Origin: an uncultured Cytophagia bacterium | Lineage (GTDB): Bacteria > Zhuqueibacterota > Zhuqueibacteria > Thermofontimicrobiales > Thiofontviventaceae | DNA length: 64,000 bases | Assembly: GCA_964498785.1 (NCBI GenBank) | Contig: CAZCJL010000020.1 | Span: forward strand, 4,946-68,945 | Reading direction: 5' to 3' | Part shown: positions 1 to 10,056 of the stretch, piece after piece | Numbering within the stretch: the stretch's first letter is position 1 | Layout of the letters: every line of letters starts with the position of its first letter | Translations under genes and position numbers: made by a program | The notes under the pieces: generated by a model | What the model was told of the DNA's origin: nothing | The model's input: the letters and a program-made list of their open reading frames with translations, nothing else | Database searches by the model: none

Positions 1-665
1 TCGAAATTGGAGAACAAACCTTATTTGATGCAGGTATACATGGTGTACATCATGAATTGGTACGGTTATTAGGCAAATTGAATTATCGTACAAGTTATGG
101 ACAAAATGTACTGCAGCATTCATTAGAAGTCTCTTATTTATCTGGTCTCATGGCCTCTGAATTAGAACTTGATGCAGCTATGGCGAAGCGTGCTGGTCTT
201 TTACACGATATTGGGAAGGCTATCGATAAGACAACTGAGGGAACTCATACTGAGATTGGTGTTGAAATTGCAAAAAAATATAAAGAACCTGAAATTGTAT
301 TGAATGCGATTGCATGTCACCATGAAGACGTTGAACCAACATCTCCTATTAGCATCTTAGTTCAGGCCGCAGACGCTATTTCTGGTTCAAGACCTGGCGC
401 AAGGAGAGAGACTCTTGAAGGATATGTTAAACGTTTGCAAAAACTAGAATCGGTTGCTGAATCTTTTGATGGAGTTGTAAAAACTTATGCGATTCAAGCA
501 GGAAGAGAAATACGTGTGATGGTTGAATATGAAAGAATTGATGATGCGATGGCAGAGCAACTCGCAAATGATATCGCCGCAAGAATTCAGGAAGAAATGG
601 AATACCCCGGGCAAATTAAAGTTACTGTGATAAGAGAATACAGAGCTATTAACTATGCAAAATAG
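1..665 (+). CDS. rny: Ribonuclease Y, C-terminal portion (gene start lies upstream of window)
   Basis: Frame 3 is open from the window edge (…[26 protein letters not shown]…) to the stop at 665. HD-domain motifs LLHDIGK and [33 protein letters not shown] are typical of RNase Y. It is followed by a ymdB-like gene, as in Firmicutes-type rny-ymdB synteny. Confidence 0.85.
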   Translation, partial: EIGEQTLFDAGIHGVHHELVRLLGKLNYRTSYGQNVLQHSLEVSYLSGLMASELELDAAMAKRAGLLHDIGKAIDKTTEGTHTEIGVEIAKKYKEPEIVLNAIACHHEDVEPTSPISILVQAADAISGSRPGARRETLEGYVKRLQKLESVAESFDGVVKTYAIQAGREIRVMVEYERIDDAMAEQLANDIAARIQEEMEYPGQIKVTVIREYRAINYAK

Positions 666-695
666 AATTAGTCATTATTTAAAAATGGTGAAGTT

Positions 696-1484
696 TTGAT
701 TAATAATGCAGTAAATATACTATTTATCGCTGATATTGTTGGTAAACCTGGTTTAAAAATAGTGACAAAATATATACGTGATATTAAAAAAAAACATCGC
801 ATAAATTTTTGTATTGCAAACGGTGAAAACGGTGCCGGCGGAAAAGGCATCACTGAGAAAATAGTAAGAGAATATTTTGAACTAGGAATCGATGTAATTA
901 CCAGTGGAAATCATATTTTTGAAAAAGCAAACGTCTTTAAACAATTTGCTGAGGATCGGCGGCTTTTGAGACCATTGAATTATCCACCAACGAATCCGGG
1001 ACATGGAACCTATATCGCAACTTTATCAGATTTAACAAAAATCGCAGTAATCAATCTGCAGGGAAGGACCTTTATGTACTCAATCGATTGTCCTTTTCGT
1101 ATAATATCAGAAGAACTAAATAAAATAAGCCAGGTTACTAAAATAATAATAGTCGATTTCCATGCAGAAGCAACAGCCGAAAAAATGGCAATGGGTTGGT
1201 ATCTGGATGGTAAGGTAAGCGCTGTTATCGGCACTCATACTCACATTCAAACAGCGGACGAGCGAATTTTAAACAAAGGAACAGGCTACATTACTGACGC
1301 TGGGATGACAGGTCCCTATGATTCTGTAATTGGCTTAAAAAAGGAAATTGCGATACGGCGGTTTATTAACCAGACACCATCGTTTTATCAAGTCGCGGAT
1401 AATGACAACAGATTTTGTGGTGTTGTGTTAAAAATTGATAAAACTACCGGAAAAACATTAAATATTGAAAGAATATTTATGTAA
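696..1484 (+). CDS. ymdB: YmdB-like metallophosphoesterase (TIGR00282-like 2',3'-cyclic-nucleotide phosphodiesterase family)
   Basis: 262 aa. N-terminal ILFIADIVGKPG…NGENGAGGKGIT…GNH and later DFHAE…GTHTHIQTAD match YmdB/calcineurin-like phosphoesterase metal-binding motifs. Lies immediately downstream of rny. Confidence 0.75.
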   Translation: MINNAVNILFIADIVGKPGLKIVTKYIRDIKKKHRINFCIANGENGAGGKGITEKIVREYFELGIDVITSGNHIFEKANVFKQFAEDRRLLRPLNYPPTNPGHGTYIATLSDLTKIAVINLQGRTFMYSIDCPFRIISEELNKISQVTKIIIVDFHAEATAEKMAMGWYLDGKVSAVIGTHTHIQTADERILNKGTGYITDAGMTGPYDSVIGLKKEIAIRRFINQTPSFYQVADNDNRFCGVVLKIDKTTGKTLNIERIFM

Positions 1485-1647
1485 TATGACAACGTTGATG
1501 GTAAGATAATTGCAAGTCGTTTGGTTATGTTTTTAATCAACTAAAAGTACTATATGAATACGCTTTCAAAAAAGGAACTTCTCCATAACATTAATGGTTA
1601 TAAAAAAATGGAGATAAAATAAATACGTTTGTCGATATTTTTAATTT

Positions 1648-1720
<73 letters not shown>

Positions 1721-1747
1721 CATATTTATACTGGTAGCAGATATTTC

Positions 1748-2071
1748 ATGAGCGAAGATATAACAAAAAAAGAAATCGAAGAGGGTAGAGTTGTCGCTGT
1801 AATTAGCTATATCCCATTTCTTTGTTTTATACCAATTTTAGGTGGTCAAAAAAATAACTTCGTTAATAAGCACATCAAGCAAGGATTAGCTTTATTAATA
1901 ATTGAAGTTATTTCTTTACTATTTTTGATTGACTTTTTCAGTCAAATATTTTGGATTGTCATTTTACTTTCGTGTGTAATACTGTCAATAACAGGAAGTT
2001 TAAAAGCGCTTTTTGGGGAAACTTGGCGCGTGCCATATTTAGGTAAACTATTTGAAAAATATGAAATATAA
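1748..2071 (+). CDS. Small integral membrane protein, DUF4870-like
   Basis: 107 aa from the internal Met (MSEDITKKEIEEGRVVAVISYIPFLCFIPILGG…). The upstream part of the tracked ORF overlaps the tRNA, so the start was moved to 1748. Two to three TM helices. The AxISYI…PILG pattern is reminiscent of the DUF4870 family. Confidence 0.45.
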   Translation: MSEDITKKEIEEGRVVAVISYIPFLCFIPILGGQKNNFVNKHIKQGLALLIIEVISLLFLIDFFSQIFWIVILLSCVILSITGSLKALFGETWRVPYLGKLFEKYEI

Positions 2072-2076
2072 AACGA

Positions 2077-3465
2077 ATGAATCAGAAAATTAAAAGAAAA
2101 ACAATTACCACAGAAATTAGTATAAACGAATTTGATGCCCAATTGACTAACCTCGATCTTTCGGTGTCCGATCAGAAAGAAAAACTTCAAATTGCAAAAA
2201 ATATTTTAGAAATTCCTGATAGTTTTACGGATAAAATTGAAATTATTCCAAATGGGGAATACATTGTATTTAAATGGCGGCCGAATCGCTATGATGACAG
2301 AGCTGAAAAATTACATAAAAATGCTCTGACACTGGCACGCGAAGGTAAATTGGAAGATGCTATTAAAAGATGGACTCAGGCTACGCTAATAAATTCCACT
2401 GATCCTGATTATTTTTTCAATCTTGGAATTGCGTATTTCGAGAAAAAACAATTTCAAGAATCAATTGAACACCTTAATAGAGCTTTGGCAATTTGCCCAT
2501 TTTATACAAAAGCTCATCTAATTCTTGGCACCGCGTTTTTAAAAATAAGAAAGTTTGAATTTGCAAAAAAGCACTTGCAAAAAAGCATAAAATATTCAAA
2601 ACCAATGGCTTCTGCGTATCTAAATTTAGGGGCAGTTAATAGCATTCTGAAGATGTATGATGAGGGACTTAAAATGTTTGAAAAAGCCATCGAGATTTCT
2701 CCGAATGAACCTCGCGGATATTTAGGGCTTGCAAAGATATATTCAACAATTGGTAATGATGAAAAAGCAAATTTGTTTTTCAAAAAAGTAATTGAACTTG
2801 ATCAAAAAGGTAATTTAGCTAACTATGCCAAAAGATCAATAGTAAGTGACAGCACAACAAATTACCCAACAGAAGATCGCGACGAAAACGAAACATTGTA
2901 TCAAACCCCCGAAGAATATTACTCTGAAGGTTACCGATTATACATTAGCGGGGATTATATTAACGCAGAAAAAATGTATAAAAGCTACCTTAAGATAAAA
3001 CCCGATGATGATTATGTTTGGTATGCTCTCGGAGAGGCACAATTGAGAAGCAACAAGCCAGAAGATGCTGCAAATTCCTTTAAAAAAGCGATTAAACTGT
3101 ATCCTAAAAAGGGATTATATTTTAAAGAATTAGCCATTGCTTTTGATGTTTTAAATAAACCGGACAAGGTAATTGCTGCCACATCTAAAGCCAAAGAGTT
3201 GGGAAAAACTGATAGCGTCATTTATTGCCTTTGGGGAAAAGCACTTTTTGACTTAGGTAAATACAGTGAAGCAGTAATGATGTTAGAACAAGCTATTGAG
3301 ACGAATAAGAACAATTTTAAAGCCAAATATTTTATTGCAAAGACACATATTGAATTAAAGAATCATCAAGAAGCGATGGATATATTGTACGAATTAAAAG
3401 AAATAAAAATCAATACGCCTTTAAAAGACAAAGCAACACAGATGTACAATAAATTAAACCAATAA
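2077..3465 (+). CDS. Tetratricopeptide (TPR) repeat protein
   Basis: 462 aa with multiple 34-residue TPR-like repeats, e.g. YFFNLGIAYFEKKQFQESIEHLNRALAICP, AHLILGTAFLKIRKFEFAKKHLQKSIKY and YVWYALGEAQLRSNKPEDAANSFKKAIKLYP. Confidence 0.7.
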   Translation: MNQKIKRKTITTEISINEFDAQLTNLDLSVSDQKEKLQIAKNILEIPDSFTDKIEIIPNGEYIVFKWRPNRYDDRAEKLHKNALTLAREGKLEDAIKRWTQATLINSTDPDYFFNLGIAYFEKKQFQESIEHLNRALAICPFYTKAHLILGTAFLKIRKFEFAKKHLQKSIKYSKPMASAYLNLGAVNSILKMYDEGLKMFEKAIEISPNEPRGYLGLAKIYSTIGNDEKANLFFKKVIELDQKGNLANYAKRSIVSDSTTNYPTEDRDENETLYQTPEEYYSEGYRLYISGDYINAEKMYKSYLKIKPDDDYVWYALGEAQLRSNKPEDAANSFKKAIKLYPKKGLYFKELAIAFDVLNKPDKVIAATSKAKELGKTDSVIYCLWGKALFDLGKYSEAVMMLEQAIETNKNNFKAKYFIAKTHIELKNHQEAMDILYELKEIKINTPLKDKATQMYNKLNQ

Positions 3466-3917
3466 AAACACAATTAATGGGTCATATAAGATATATTATG
3501 TAAACTGGCGAATTTATTATTCACTTTTCTTCTAAACGCTCACGAAATTCTCTCCGTGCTAATACATACTTTTACAACATTTAAACCTCTTGTTTATTAA
3601 TTTGTTAAAGTTATTTCACCTATTAACCATAAATGTTTTACAATGAACACGCTGTTTCATGATGAAACATTAAATTATTCCTACCTCACATAATTATTAC
3701 ATATAAGGCGTTGATATTTATAGTACTATGATTCTTGAAGCGTTTGGCATCATATTTGTTAATAAAATAGAAATATTATGATACTTAACTAACTGAAATA
3801 TTTTAATTAACTAAGAGCACTACAACTGGTACTATGTTCAATATCGCACGGAAAAGGCATATTCACAACTTTTATTTGGCAAAGACAGTCAAAAAAGCTC
3901 CACATATTGAAGAAACA

Positions 3918-4844
3918 ATGAATTATGGAGTTAATTTAAAACGATCAGTAGTTATATCTTTATTATTAATAATTATTTGTTTCAATTTATATCCTTATTA
4001 TACGAAACAAAAAATCTATAAAAAAATACAAGATATTTCAACATTAGAGGTTATCGATATTCCTGTTATCGAGTTAGAACAGCCACCACCACCTCCGGTT
4101 AACATAGTAGAGCCAATGACGATGGTCAAAGTTGAAGAACCAAAAGTCGACAAGGAAAATCTGAAAGAAGAAATTAAAGAAATGGATCTTAAATTGGATA
4201 TAGCAAATGATGATAATGAATTGTTATTGGCAAGTTCTCAATTGGGTGATTTCGGCTCTTTAAGTTTCTCATCGAGAAATATTGATCGTCAATCAATGGG
4301 ATCATTGGACTTAGAGTATAGTCGATCTCGTCCAAATCTCAATTCGGGAAACCCCCTTTCGTTAGATCTTGGTTCGCCGGATGCAAAAGTCAATAAAAAA
4401 TATAAGGAAAAATCAATTAATTTAGATACAAAATCGTTGGTCGCTCAAAATAAACCGAAAAAGCCAAAGAAACCAATATCGAATTACGAGTCAAATTTAG
4501 AAAAAGTTATTCAAGTAGATAAAGATCAATTTTTATTACGAGAGTCTGAATCAACAATTGGCACCACAGAATTTAAAACATGGAATCGAATTAACGCGGT
4601 TCTCGACCGTCTTAATAAAGATCGTTATGGTGAATTGCCTGTAAATGTCAAACGTATTTCCAATGGACTGGCAGTTTCATTTTCCTACAGAAATGGGAAG
4701 GCTCATGATATTTTTTGGTCAAAAGGCGGAAAAGTAATTATTCGTGTTACCGGAGCACAACCAAAAAGCAATATCGATGAGTTACAAAGAGCGTATGACG
4801 CTTTATTGCGGTTGTTGTACAAAACAAATTCTTCGACGTCATGA
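3918..4844 (+). CDS. Hypothetical membrane-anchored protein with Pro-rich and Lys-rich linker
   Basis: Tracked ORF is 3834..4844. The likely start is the Met at 3918 (MNYGVNLKRSVVISLLLIIICFNLYPYY, one N-terminal TM helix). The rest contains PPPPPV and KKPKKP low-complexity segments. No recognised catalytic motifs. Confidence 0.4.
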   Translation: MNYGVNLKRSVVISLLLIIICFNLYPYYTKQKIYKKIQDISTLEVIDIPVIELEQPPPPPVNIVEPMTMVKVEEPKVDKENLKEEIKEMDLKLDIANDDNELLLASSQLGDFGSLSFSSRNIDRQSMGSLDLEYSRSRPNLNSGNPLSLDLGSPDAKVNKKYKEKSINLDTKSLVAQNKPKKPKKPISNYESNLEKVIQVDKDQFLLRESESTIGTTEFKTWNRINAVLDRLNKDRYGELPVNVKRISNGLAVSFSYRNGKAHDIFWSKGGKVIIRVTGAQPKSNIDELQRAYDALLRLLYKTNSSTS

Positions 4845-5536
4845 CTAAAATCAAATGCTTAATAATTATGTTACTTTTCTTTACATTATTTCTTCCTCTT
4901 TCCGCACAAGAAGTGCATAACATTTTTTCAAAAGTAAAGATTGAATTCACAAATCAAAATTATCATGCAGTGTTAAATTTATGTCGCGAAATTGAAAGAA
5001 TATGTAGCATAAATCCTGTTTCAGAATGTTATTTTACAAATGTGATGAAAAATGTTTATCGCTATAAGGGATTATCTGAATTTGAAATTTATAAACAAGA
5101 ATTAAAGCCGAAAAGACTTGAAAATTCTATTCAATCGCTGGAAATTAGTTATGGTCTTTATCGTGATGCAGAAATTTTATATACGTATGGGTATCTATTA
5201 GCGGTACAAGCAATATTATTGAAAAATGTGAATGATTTGGATGGTCTTGTTAAAGCCTGGAAAGGAATTATTGAATTATATGGCCATAATAACTGGCAGG
5301 TAAATAAAGATTTAATTGAAAAAATTAAAGACTACATTAAAGTGACTGAAAAATTTGTTATTAAAGTTCCGAGTAAGAATTATGGGGGGCATTATGCAAA
5401 ATTTATGATTGTCATGGCATGTGATTTAGCGGAAAATGCTCAGTTGAACTACGATGATCAAAATTTTTTTAACACATACAAAAAAAAATATAACACAAGT
5501 AAAATTAATAGGTTAATAGATAAGTTAACGGAGTAG
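4841..5536 (+). CDS. Exported hypothetical protein (paralog family A, short member)
   Basis: 231 aa with an N-terminal signal peptide (MTKIKCLIIMLLFFTLFLPLSAQE). The whole protein aligns by eye with the N-terminal ~200 aa of the next gene product (NLCREIERICS…CYFTNVMKNVYRYKGLSEFEIY… vs NLCKQIILRCE…CRYTDVMKQVYQFKGFSEYKLY…; NDLDGLVKAWKGIIELY vs NLDGLVNAWRGILGLY). Confidence 0.5.
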   Translation: MTKIKCLIIMLLFFTLFLPLSAQEVHNIFSKVKIEFTNQNYHAVLNLCREIERICSINPVSECYFTNVMKNVYRYKGLSEFEIYKQELKPKRLENSIQSLEISYGLYRDAEILYTYGYLLAVQAILLKNVNDLDGLVKAWKGIIELYGHNNWQVNKDLIEKIKDYIKVTEKFVIKVPSKNYGGHYAKFMIVMACDLAENAQLNYDDQNFFNTYKKKYNTSKINRLIDKLTE

Positions 5537-5541
5537 CTGTT

Positions 5542-6987
5542 ATGAGAAAGTTTGGTTCTCTTTTTTTAGTGCTTTTCATCTTAATTCTCTCAACTTCTCA
5601 TTTACATGCACAGAATGTAAGATCACTGTATAATAAAGTGAAAAAAGCGCACAAAGAAGATAATTTTGCCACTGTGGTAAATCTTTGTAAACAAATAATT
5701 TTGAGATGCGAGCAAAATTATCCTGATGCCGAATGTCGATATACAGATGTTATGAAACAAGTATATCAATTTAAGGGTTTTTCAGAATACAAGCTCTATT
5801 TAAGGGAAAATAATCTGGATCGTCTTGAAGACGCTATCAATTCGCTTATTAAAAGTTATGATCTTTATGGTGATCCATACATTTCCTTTAATTTCGGTTA
5901 TATGCAATCATTATTAGCGATCAAAAGAGAAGATGGCCGAAATCTAGATGGACTTGTGAATGCATGGAGAGGTATTTTAGGATTATATGCAAATGAAGAA
6001 TGGTCTGTGTCTAACGATCTGCTTGACAAATTAAAAATCTTCACCCAGCAGTCAGTTGAATTAGCGATTACACCGTCTGATAGTGCTTTTACCACTGGGC
6101 GCTTTAATGGCTTTATGATTCAATTAGCTTGTGACCTGGCAAAAACTCGCCGGTTATCCCGGGAGGATAGTCTGTTTTTCAACATCTACTATAGTCGAGC
6201 TGTTGAAGATGAAATAAATTTACGGGGAAATGAGTGGCGAGCCCGAGGATTTTCAGCACAAAAGCTTTTCAAAGAAAATCCAAATGATTCTACTTACAGA
6301 GTGGCGCGGAAGTATTTGGAGCTTGCTTTTCGTTTTGCAAAAAGCGCTCAAAGACAGGCTGAAATGTTGAAAGAACTTACCAAAGTTGCACTTTACATGG
6401 AAAAATATGGAAAAAAAAGCCAAAGAGAAACCGAACTACAATATGCACGGGAAAAAGCAAGTCAGGCCTATGCAATCTTAATAGAACATAGCTCTGATAT
6501 TGACCGTGAGTTAGAAAATGAGATCAAAAAAGTATATGGTAATGCAATCTTTCGGCTTGTTGATTACTATTTTAGTATGGCAACGGCAAAAGACCGCATG
6601 AATGCGTTTTACCGTGCAAAACGAGTTGGAGACGAATTATTAGTCTCGGATGGTAGCGGCGGACTTGTGCAAAAATTCGAATGGGAAGGTTATGAGGACT
6701 TGTATCTGAAACTATCTGATGTAGGTTACGAAATTGGCGAAGAACATTTCGCAGTCGATATGGTAGATAAGGCCTGGAAAGCAGCTTTAAAAATAAATAA
6801 AATTACCCTACCACAAATTTACGGGGCTGTCCCCTCTCAAAAGGCCAAAGAATTATTACAGTTTGCCCAGGTATATCATCAGATCGCTGAACGTTTTGGT
6901 TTACAATCAGTTTTACACTGGTTGCGACCGATTATTAAAAATCTGACGAATAAATCAGTATTAACTTCATCAGGAGGCGCATATTAA
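5542..6987 (+). CDS. Exported hypothetical protein (paralog family A, long member: A-domain plus a helical C-terminal extension)
   Basis: 481 aa with a signal peptide (MRKFGSLFLVLFILILSTSHLHAQN). The N-terminal domain is paralogous to the 4841..5536 product. The C-terminal ~280 aa are predicted helical with no recognised motif. Confidence 0.5.
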   Translation: MRKFGSLFLVLFILILSTSHLHAQNVRSLYNKVKKAHKEDNFATVVNLCKQIILRCEQNYPDAECRYTDVMKQVYQFKGFSEYKLYLRENNLDRLEDAINSLIKSYDLYGDPYISFNFGYMQSLLAIKREDGRNLDGLVNAWRGILGLYANEEWSVSNDLLDKLKIFTQQSVELAITPSDSAFTTGRFNGFMIQLACDLAKTRRLSREDSLFFNIYYSRAVEDEINLRGNEWRARGFSAQKLFKENPNDSTYRVARKYLELAFRFAKSAQRQAEMLKELTKVALYMEKYGKKSQRETELQYAREKASQAYAILIEHSSDIDRELENEIKKVYGNAIFRLVDYYFSMATAKDRMNAFYRAKRVGDELLVSDGSGGLVQKFEWEGYEDLYLKLSDVGYEIGEEHFAVDMVDKAWKAALKINKITLPQIYGAVPSQKAKELLQFAQVYHQIAERFGLQSVLHWLRPIIKNLTNKSVLTSSGGAY

Positions 6988-7523
6988 TGAGATGTCGAAT
7001 CAGATGTTTGATAATCCTATTGACAATTTGTAATATATCCTTAATTTGGGGGCAGTCGGTTTTTGAGACAACTTTTGAAAAACAAATGATCGATTATGAA
7101 TATGATGTTGTTCGAACCTATAATGAACTACAAAAGTTTTTATACGATTGCGAACCGAATTCCGCTGAACAGGAAGCATTTGAAAATCTGCTTTCGATTT
7201 ATGTTGATAGAATACTGGAAATTTATAGCACCATGCAAAGATTATCTGGTTCAACACTTGAAACATATCGTGGTGTTGCCGCACGTGCTTTAATATTTCG
7301 GACATTGACCTATTTAGAACAATCCAAAACATCAGAAGAGCATTATCGTAGAGCTGCAGATGATTATAAACAGGCGCTGCAACTCTATCAGAAAGGTCGA
7401 AATATCCCTATCATGAATAAAAGATTACCCTATGAAGTATGGATTGGCAAAAAGATGTATACTCGCCTCTCAGATTTATTGGATGATAAAAGTAAAGGGT
7501 TTGATTTGTTAGATTCTTTTTAA
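6987..7523 (+). CDS. Exported hypothetical protein (paralog family B, short member)
   Basis: 178 aa with a signal peptide (MRCRIRCLIILLTICNISLIWGQS). Homologous to the N-terminal domain of the next gene product (ILEIYSTMQRLSG…AARALIFRTLTYLEQS…YRRAADDYKQALQLY vs ILEIYETLTLSS…AARSLIFRALTYLEKA…YEKACYDYYRALDMY). Confidence 0.5.
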   Translation: MRCRIRCLIILLTICNISLIWGQSVFETTFEKQMIDYEYDVVRTYNELQKFLYDCEPNSAEQEAFENLLSIYVDRILEIYSTMQRLSGSTLETYRGVAARALIFRTLTYLEQSKTSEEHYRRAADDYKQALQLYQKGRNIPIMNKRLPYEVWIGKKMYTRLSDLLDDKSKGFDLLDSF

Positions 7524-7557
7524 TGATAAAAATATTTATTTATAATCGGGTAGTTAA

Positions 7558-8811
7558 ATGAAAACGCATATTAGTAGTTTACTAATTACATTCCTGGTAA
7601 TTCCTTTCTTTTGTTTCGGACAAAGTCATCATAATATTCTCATAAATAAAATGGAGGAATACGAGGAAGATATTCAAAACACATATAGCGAGTATCAAAA
7701 AGTTTATTATGAAAGAAAATCAAGCAAAAGTGAATTACTGGCGTTTGAAGAAATCATTTCTGTTTATGTTTCACAAATTCTGGAAATTTATGAAACACTT
7801 ACGCTATCTTCTATTAAGATGATGGAAAAACCGCGTGATATTGCTGCGCGCTCATTGATATTTCGGGCACTAACATATCTTGAAAAAGCACCACTAAATG
7901 TTGAGTTTTACGAAAAAGCGTGCTATGATTATTATCGTGCACTGGATATGTACAATGAAAGTAATAAAGTCCCTGTAATTTTAAAATCATTGCCTAAACC
8001 AATTCGTGTTGCGAATATTGAATATAAACGTTTAATTGATTTAATTGAAGCAAAAGGAAATGAGTTGTTTTCGTTCGGAAAGGTGAAGATTGTTCTAAAA
8101 AGCTTTAAAATTACATCAAATTTAAATGCAGAGTCTTTTGAATTTATACGCTTTAGCTCTCCTGCCCGGACAAGAAAATATACCTATGATGAGGCCGAAA
8201 CCAGAATTAAGAGTGCTTTTAGCGAAATCCTATTTAACAATAATTCTAATAGTTTCTTTTTGGCATTGCCAGAAGGTTCATATTTTATTCGATCACGCAC
8301 AATTGATAACCCTTTATTTCCCTATTTATCCGCTATTTATGTTCGAGCAAACCAACAACAGGAATATGTTATTGAACCCCTGGTCGATTGGATAATAATG
8401 TACGAAAATCCAACCACAAAACAACCAGATTTTTATAAAGCGAATGATTCTTTCTCCGTGAATGGCCAGGGACAGGGCAATGGTGGTTCTTCTTTTATTT
8501 CAAATTACAACAGGGAAAACAATGAAACTGTAAATCTATCGATAATCGACGATGCTATATCAAATACAATTGAGAATGTTGATATTAATAAAATATTTAA
8601 TTTACGAGATCCCTGGATTCGTAGTCGGTTTGCGAATGTCGCATCAAAAACTATTTTGATGCGCTTATCGTCATCACAATATTATAATAGCTGGAGTAAT
8701 TGGTGGGATGCATGGGAGATTTCTAAAGAAATTACATCTCAATTTAGTCCGGGAAATGCAGTACCAACCGAATTAATACAATTGGTTCATCAGGTTTTAC
8801 TGAAATTCTAA
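7558..8811 (+). CDS. Exported hypothetical protein (paralog family B, long member)
   Basis: 417 aa with a signal peptide (MKTHISSLLITFLVIPFFCFGQS). The N-terminal domain is paralogous to the 6987..7523 product. The C-terminal ~250 aa are unique. Confidence 0.5.
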   Translation: MKTHISSLLITFLVIPFFCFGQSHHNILINKMEEYEEDIQNTYSEYQKVYYERKSSKSELLAFEEIISVYVSQILEIYETLTLSSIKMMEKPRDIAARSLIFRALTYLEKAPLNVEFYEKACYDYYRALDMYNESNKVPVILKSLPKPIRVANIEYKRLIDLIEAKGNELFSFGKVKIVLKSFKITSNLNAESFEFIRFSSPARTRKYTYDEAETRIKSAFSEILFNNNSNSFFLALPEGSYFIRSRTIDNPLFPYLSAIYVRANQQQEYVIEPLVDWIIMYENPTTKQPDFYKANDSFSVNGQGQGNGGSSFISNYNRENNETVNLSIIDDAISNTIENVDINKIFNLRDPWIRSRFANVASKTILMRLSSSQYYNSWSNWWDAWEISKEITSQFSPGNAVPTELIQLVHQVLLKF

Positions 8812-8826
8812 TTAAAAGGAAATAAT

Positions 8827-9810
8827 ATGCGGTTTTTTAAATACATGCTGATTCTGGGATTCTTCCTGTTAGTAGTTGCAAACGTTTCTGGACAAAGTTT
8901 TGATAAAAGTATTTTGAAAAAATATGAAGAGTGTTGGTCCGCTAAAAAAGAAACTACACTACTGGACACAATAAAAGTCGCAATGAGTAAGAAGAAAATT
9001 GAAGAACATTTCAGAAGACATGATTTTATCCAGACTTTTGGATGCGCTTATGAAGAAAACGATATTCAACAAAATTCGATTCGAGCTGTATATCGTGCAA
9101 TCATTCAATCGACTCGGAATCGAAATGTTAAATTAAGAGATGATTTATTAGCTGCTTTACGAGCCAATCCTCCACGTCCGGATAATTTGATGAGAGAATA
9201 TTCGATTTATGTGAATATTCCACTTCAAAATGGTGTAAAAGCAGCCAGATATGAAATTAAAATACTCGATCTCATTGCAGTTTCAACTATTGAATCTGAA
9301 ATGGCGGTTTGGACACGTATCGTTACCCGATTCGCATATAAAGAGGATTTTAACAAAATAAGCGAAACCAAACAGGTAGAGTCGGAATTTGTGCAAGTGA
9401 TGCAAAGGGCACAGGAAATTCTTACTGCTATTGAAAGAAAGAAATTTTCATCAATTAAAAAAATGCTAAATATAGGTAATGTTGCAGATGTTTATCCGGA
9501 GTCAATCGATGATTTAAGTTTTGGAGACTCTATGCATTTATTTGATGAACAAAATCAAAAAAAGACTTATTTAGGGATATATTTGGGCAAAGGCATTTTT
9601 GCAAGTGATTCACCCGATCATGGCGTCGTTGTTTGTAAATTCGGCGAAGAAAGGTTGTATGGGATTCGAATTGATACCAATACATTTCGTCGTACTACGA
9701 CTATTTTTGCAGAATTAAATTACCAGGCCCCTGAAATTATTTTACAATGTTTATTCATTAAATTCGGAGCAAAAAAACCACAAGGATTACCATCGTTGGA
9801 TAATTTATAA
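8827..9810 (+). CDS. Exported hypothetical protein
   Basis: 327 aa with a signal peptide (MRFFKYMLILGFFLLVVANVSGQS). No recognised domain. Last member of a co-directional run of secreted proteins. Confidence 0.45.
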   Translation: MRFFKYMLILGFFLLVVANVSGQSFDKSILKKYEECWSAKKETTLLDTIKVAMSKKKIEEHFRRHDFIQTFGCAYEENDIQQNSIRAVYRAIIQSTRNRNVKLRDDLLAALRANPPRPDNLMREYSIYVNIPLQNGVKAARYEIKILDLIAVSTIESEMAVWTRIVTRFAYKEDFNKISETKQVESEFVQVMQRAQEILTAIERKKFSSIKKMLNIGNVADVYPESIDDLSFGDSMHLFDEQNQKKTYLGIYLGKGIFASDSPDHGVVVCKFGEERLYGIRIDTNTFRRTTTIFAELNYQAPEIILQCLFIKFGAKKPQGLPSLDNL

Positions 9811-9873
9811 TTCTGTTAAGTCATCTCTCTCCCCAAATTTATATAATATTGACATATTTTTGTAATTTTAAGG

Positions 9874-9902
9874 TTGACTAATTCAAAAAAATTTCCTATA
9901 AT
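9874..9902 (+). promoter_or_regulatory. Near-consensus sigma70-type promoter (TTGACT-N17-TATAAT) upstream of the RRM-protein operon
   Basis: TTGACT at 9874-9879, a 17-nt spacer and TATAAT at 9897-9902. The predicted TSS near 9909 gives a ~150-nt 5'UTR before the ATG at 10057. Confidence 0.45.
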
Positions 9903-10056
9903 TGTGTATGTTTATCAAAATCTAAACATGCATTATGGCATGGATTTTTTATACTGGATTAGTCTTTTTTTTTAATTCAAATAAACATAAAATTAAATAA
10001 TGAGGTATGTATGACATGTAATTGAACCTTAATCTTTAATCTTAGGAGGGAGACAC

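Noticed and set aside
3834-4844. TonB-like identity for the TM-anchored, Pro-rich protein
   Set aside because: The architecture (anchor, PPPPP, Lys-rich spacer) is superficially TonB-like. The C-terminal ~90 residues do not match the TonB C-terminal domain pattern, so it stays hypothetical.
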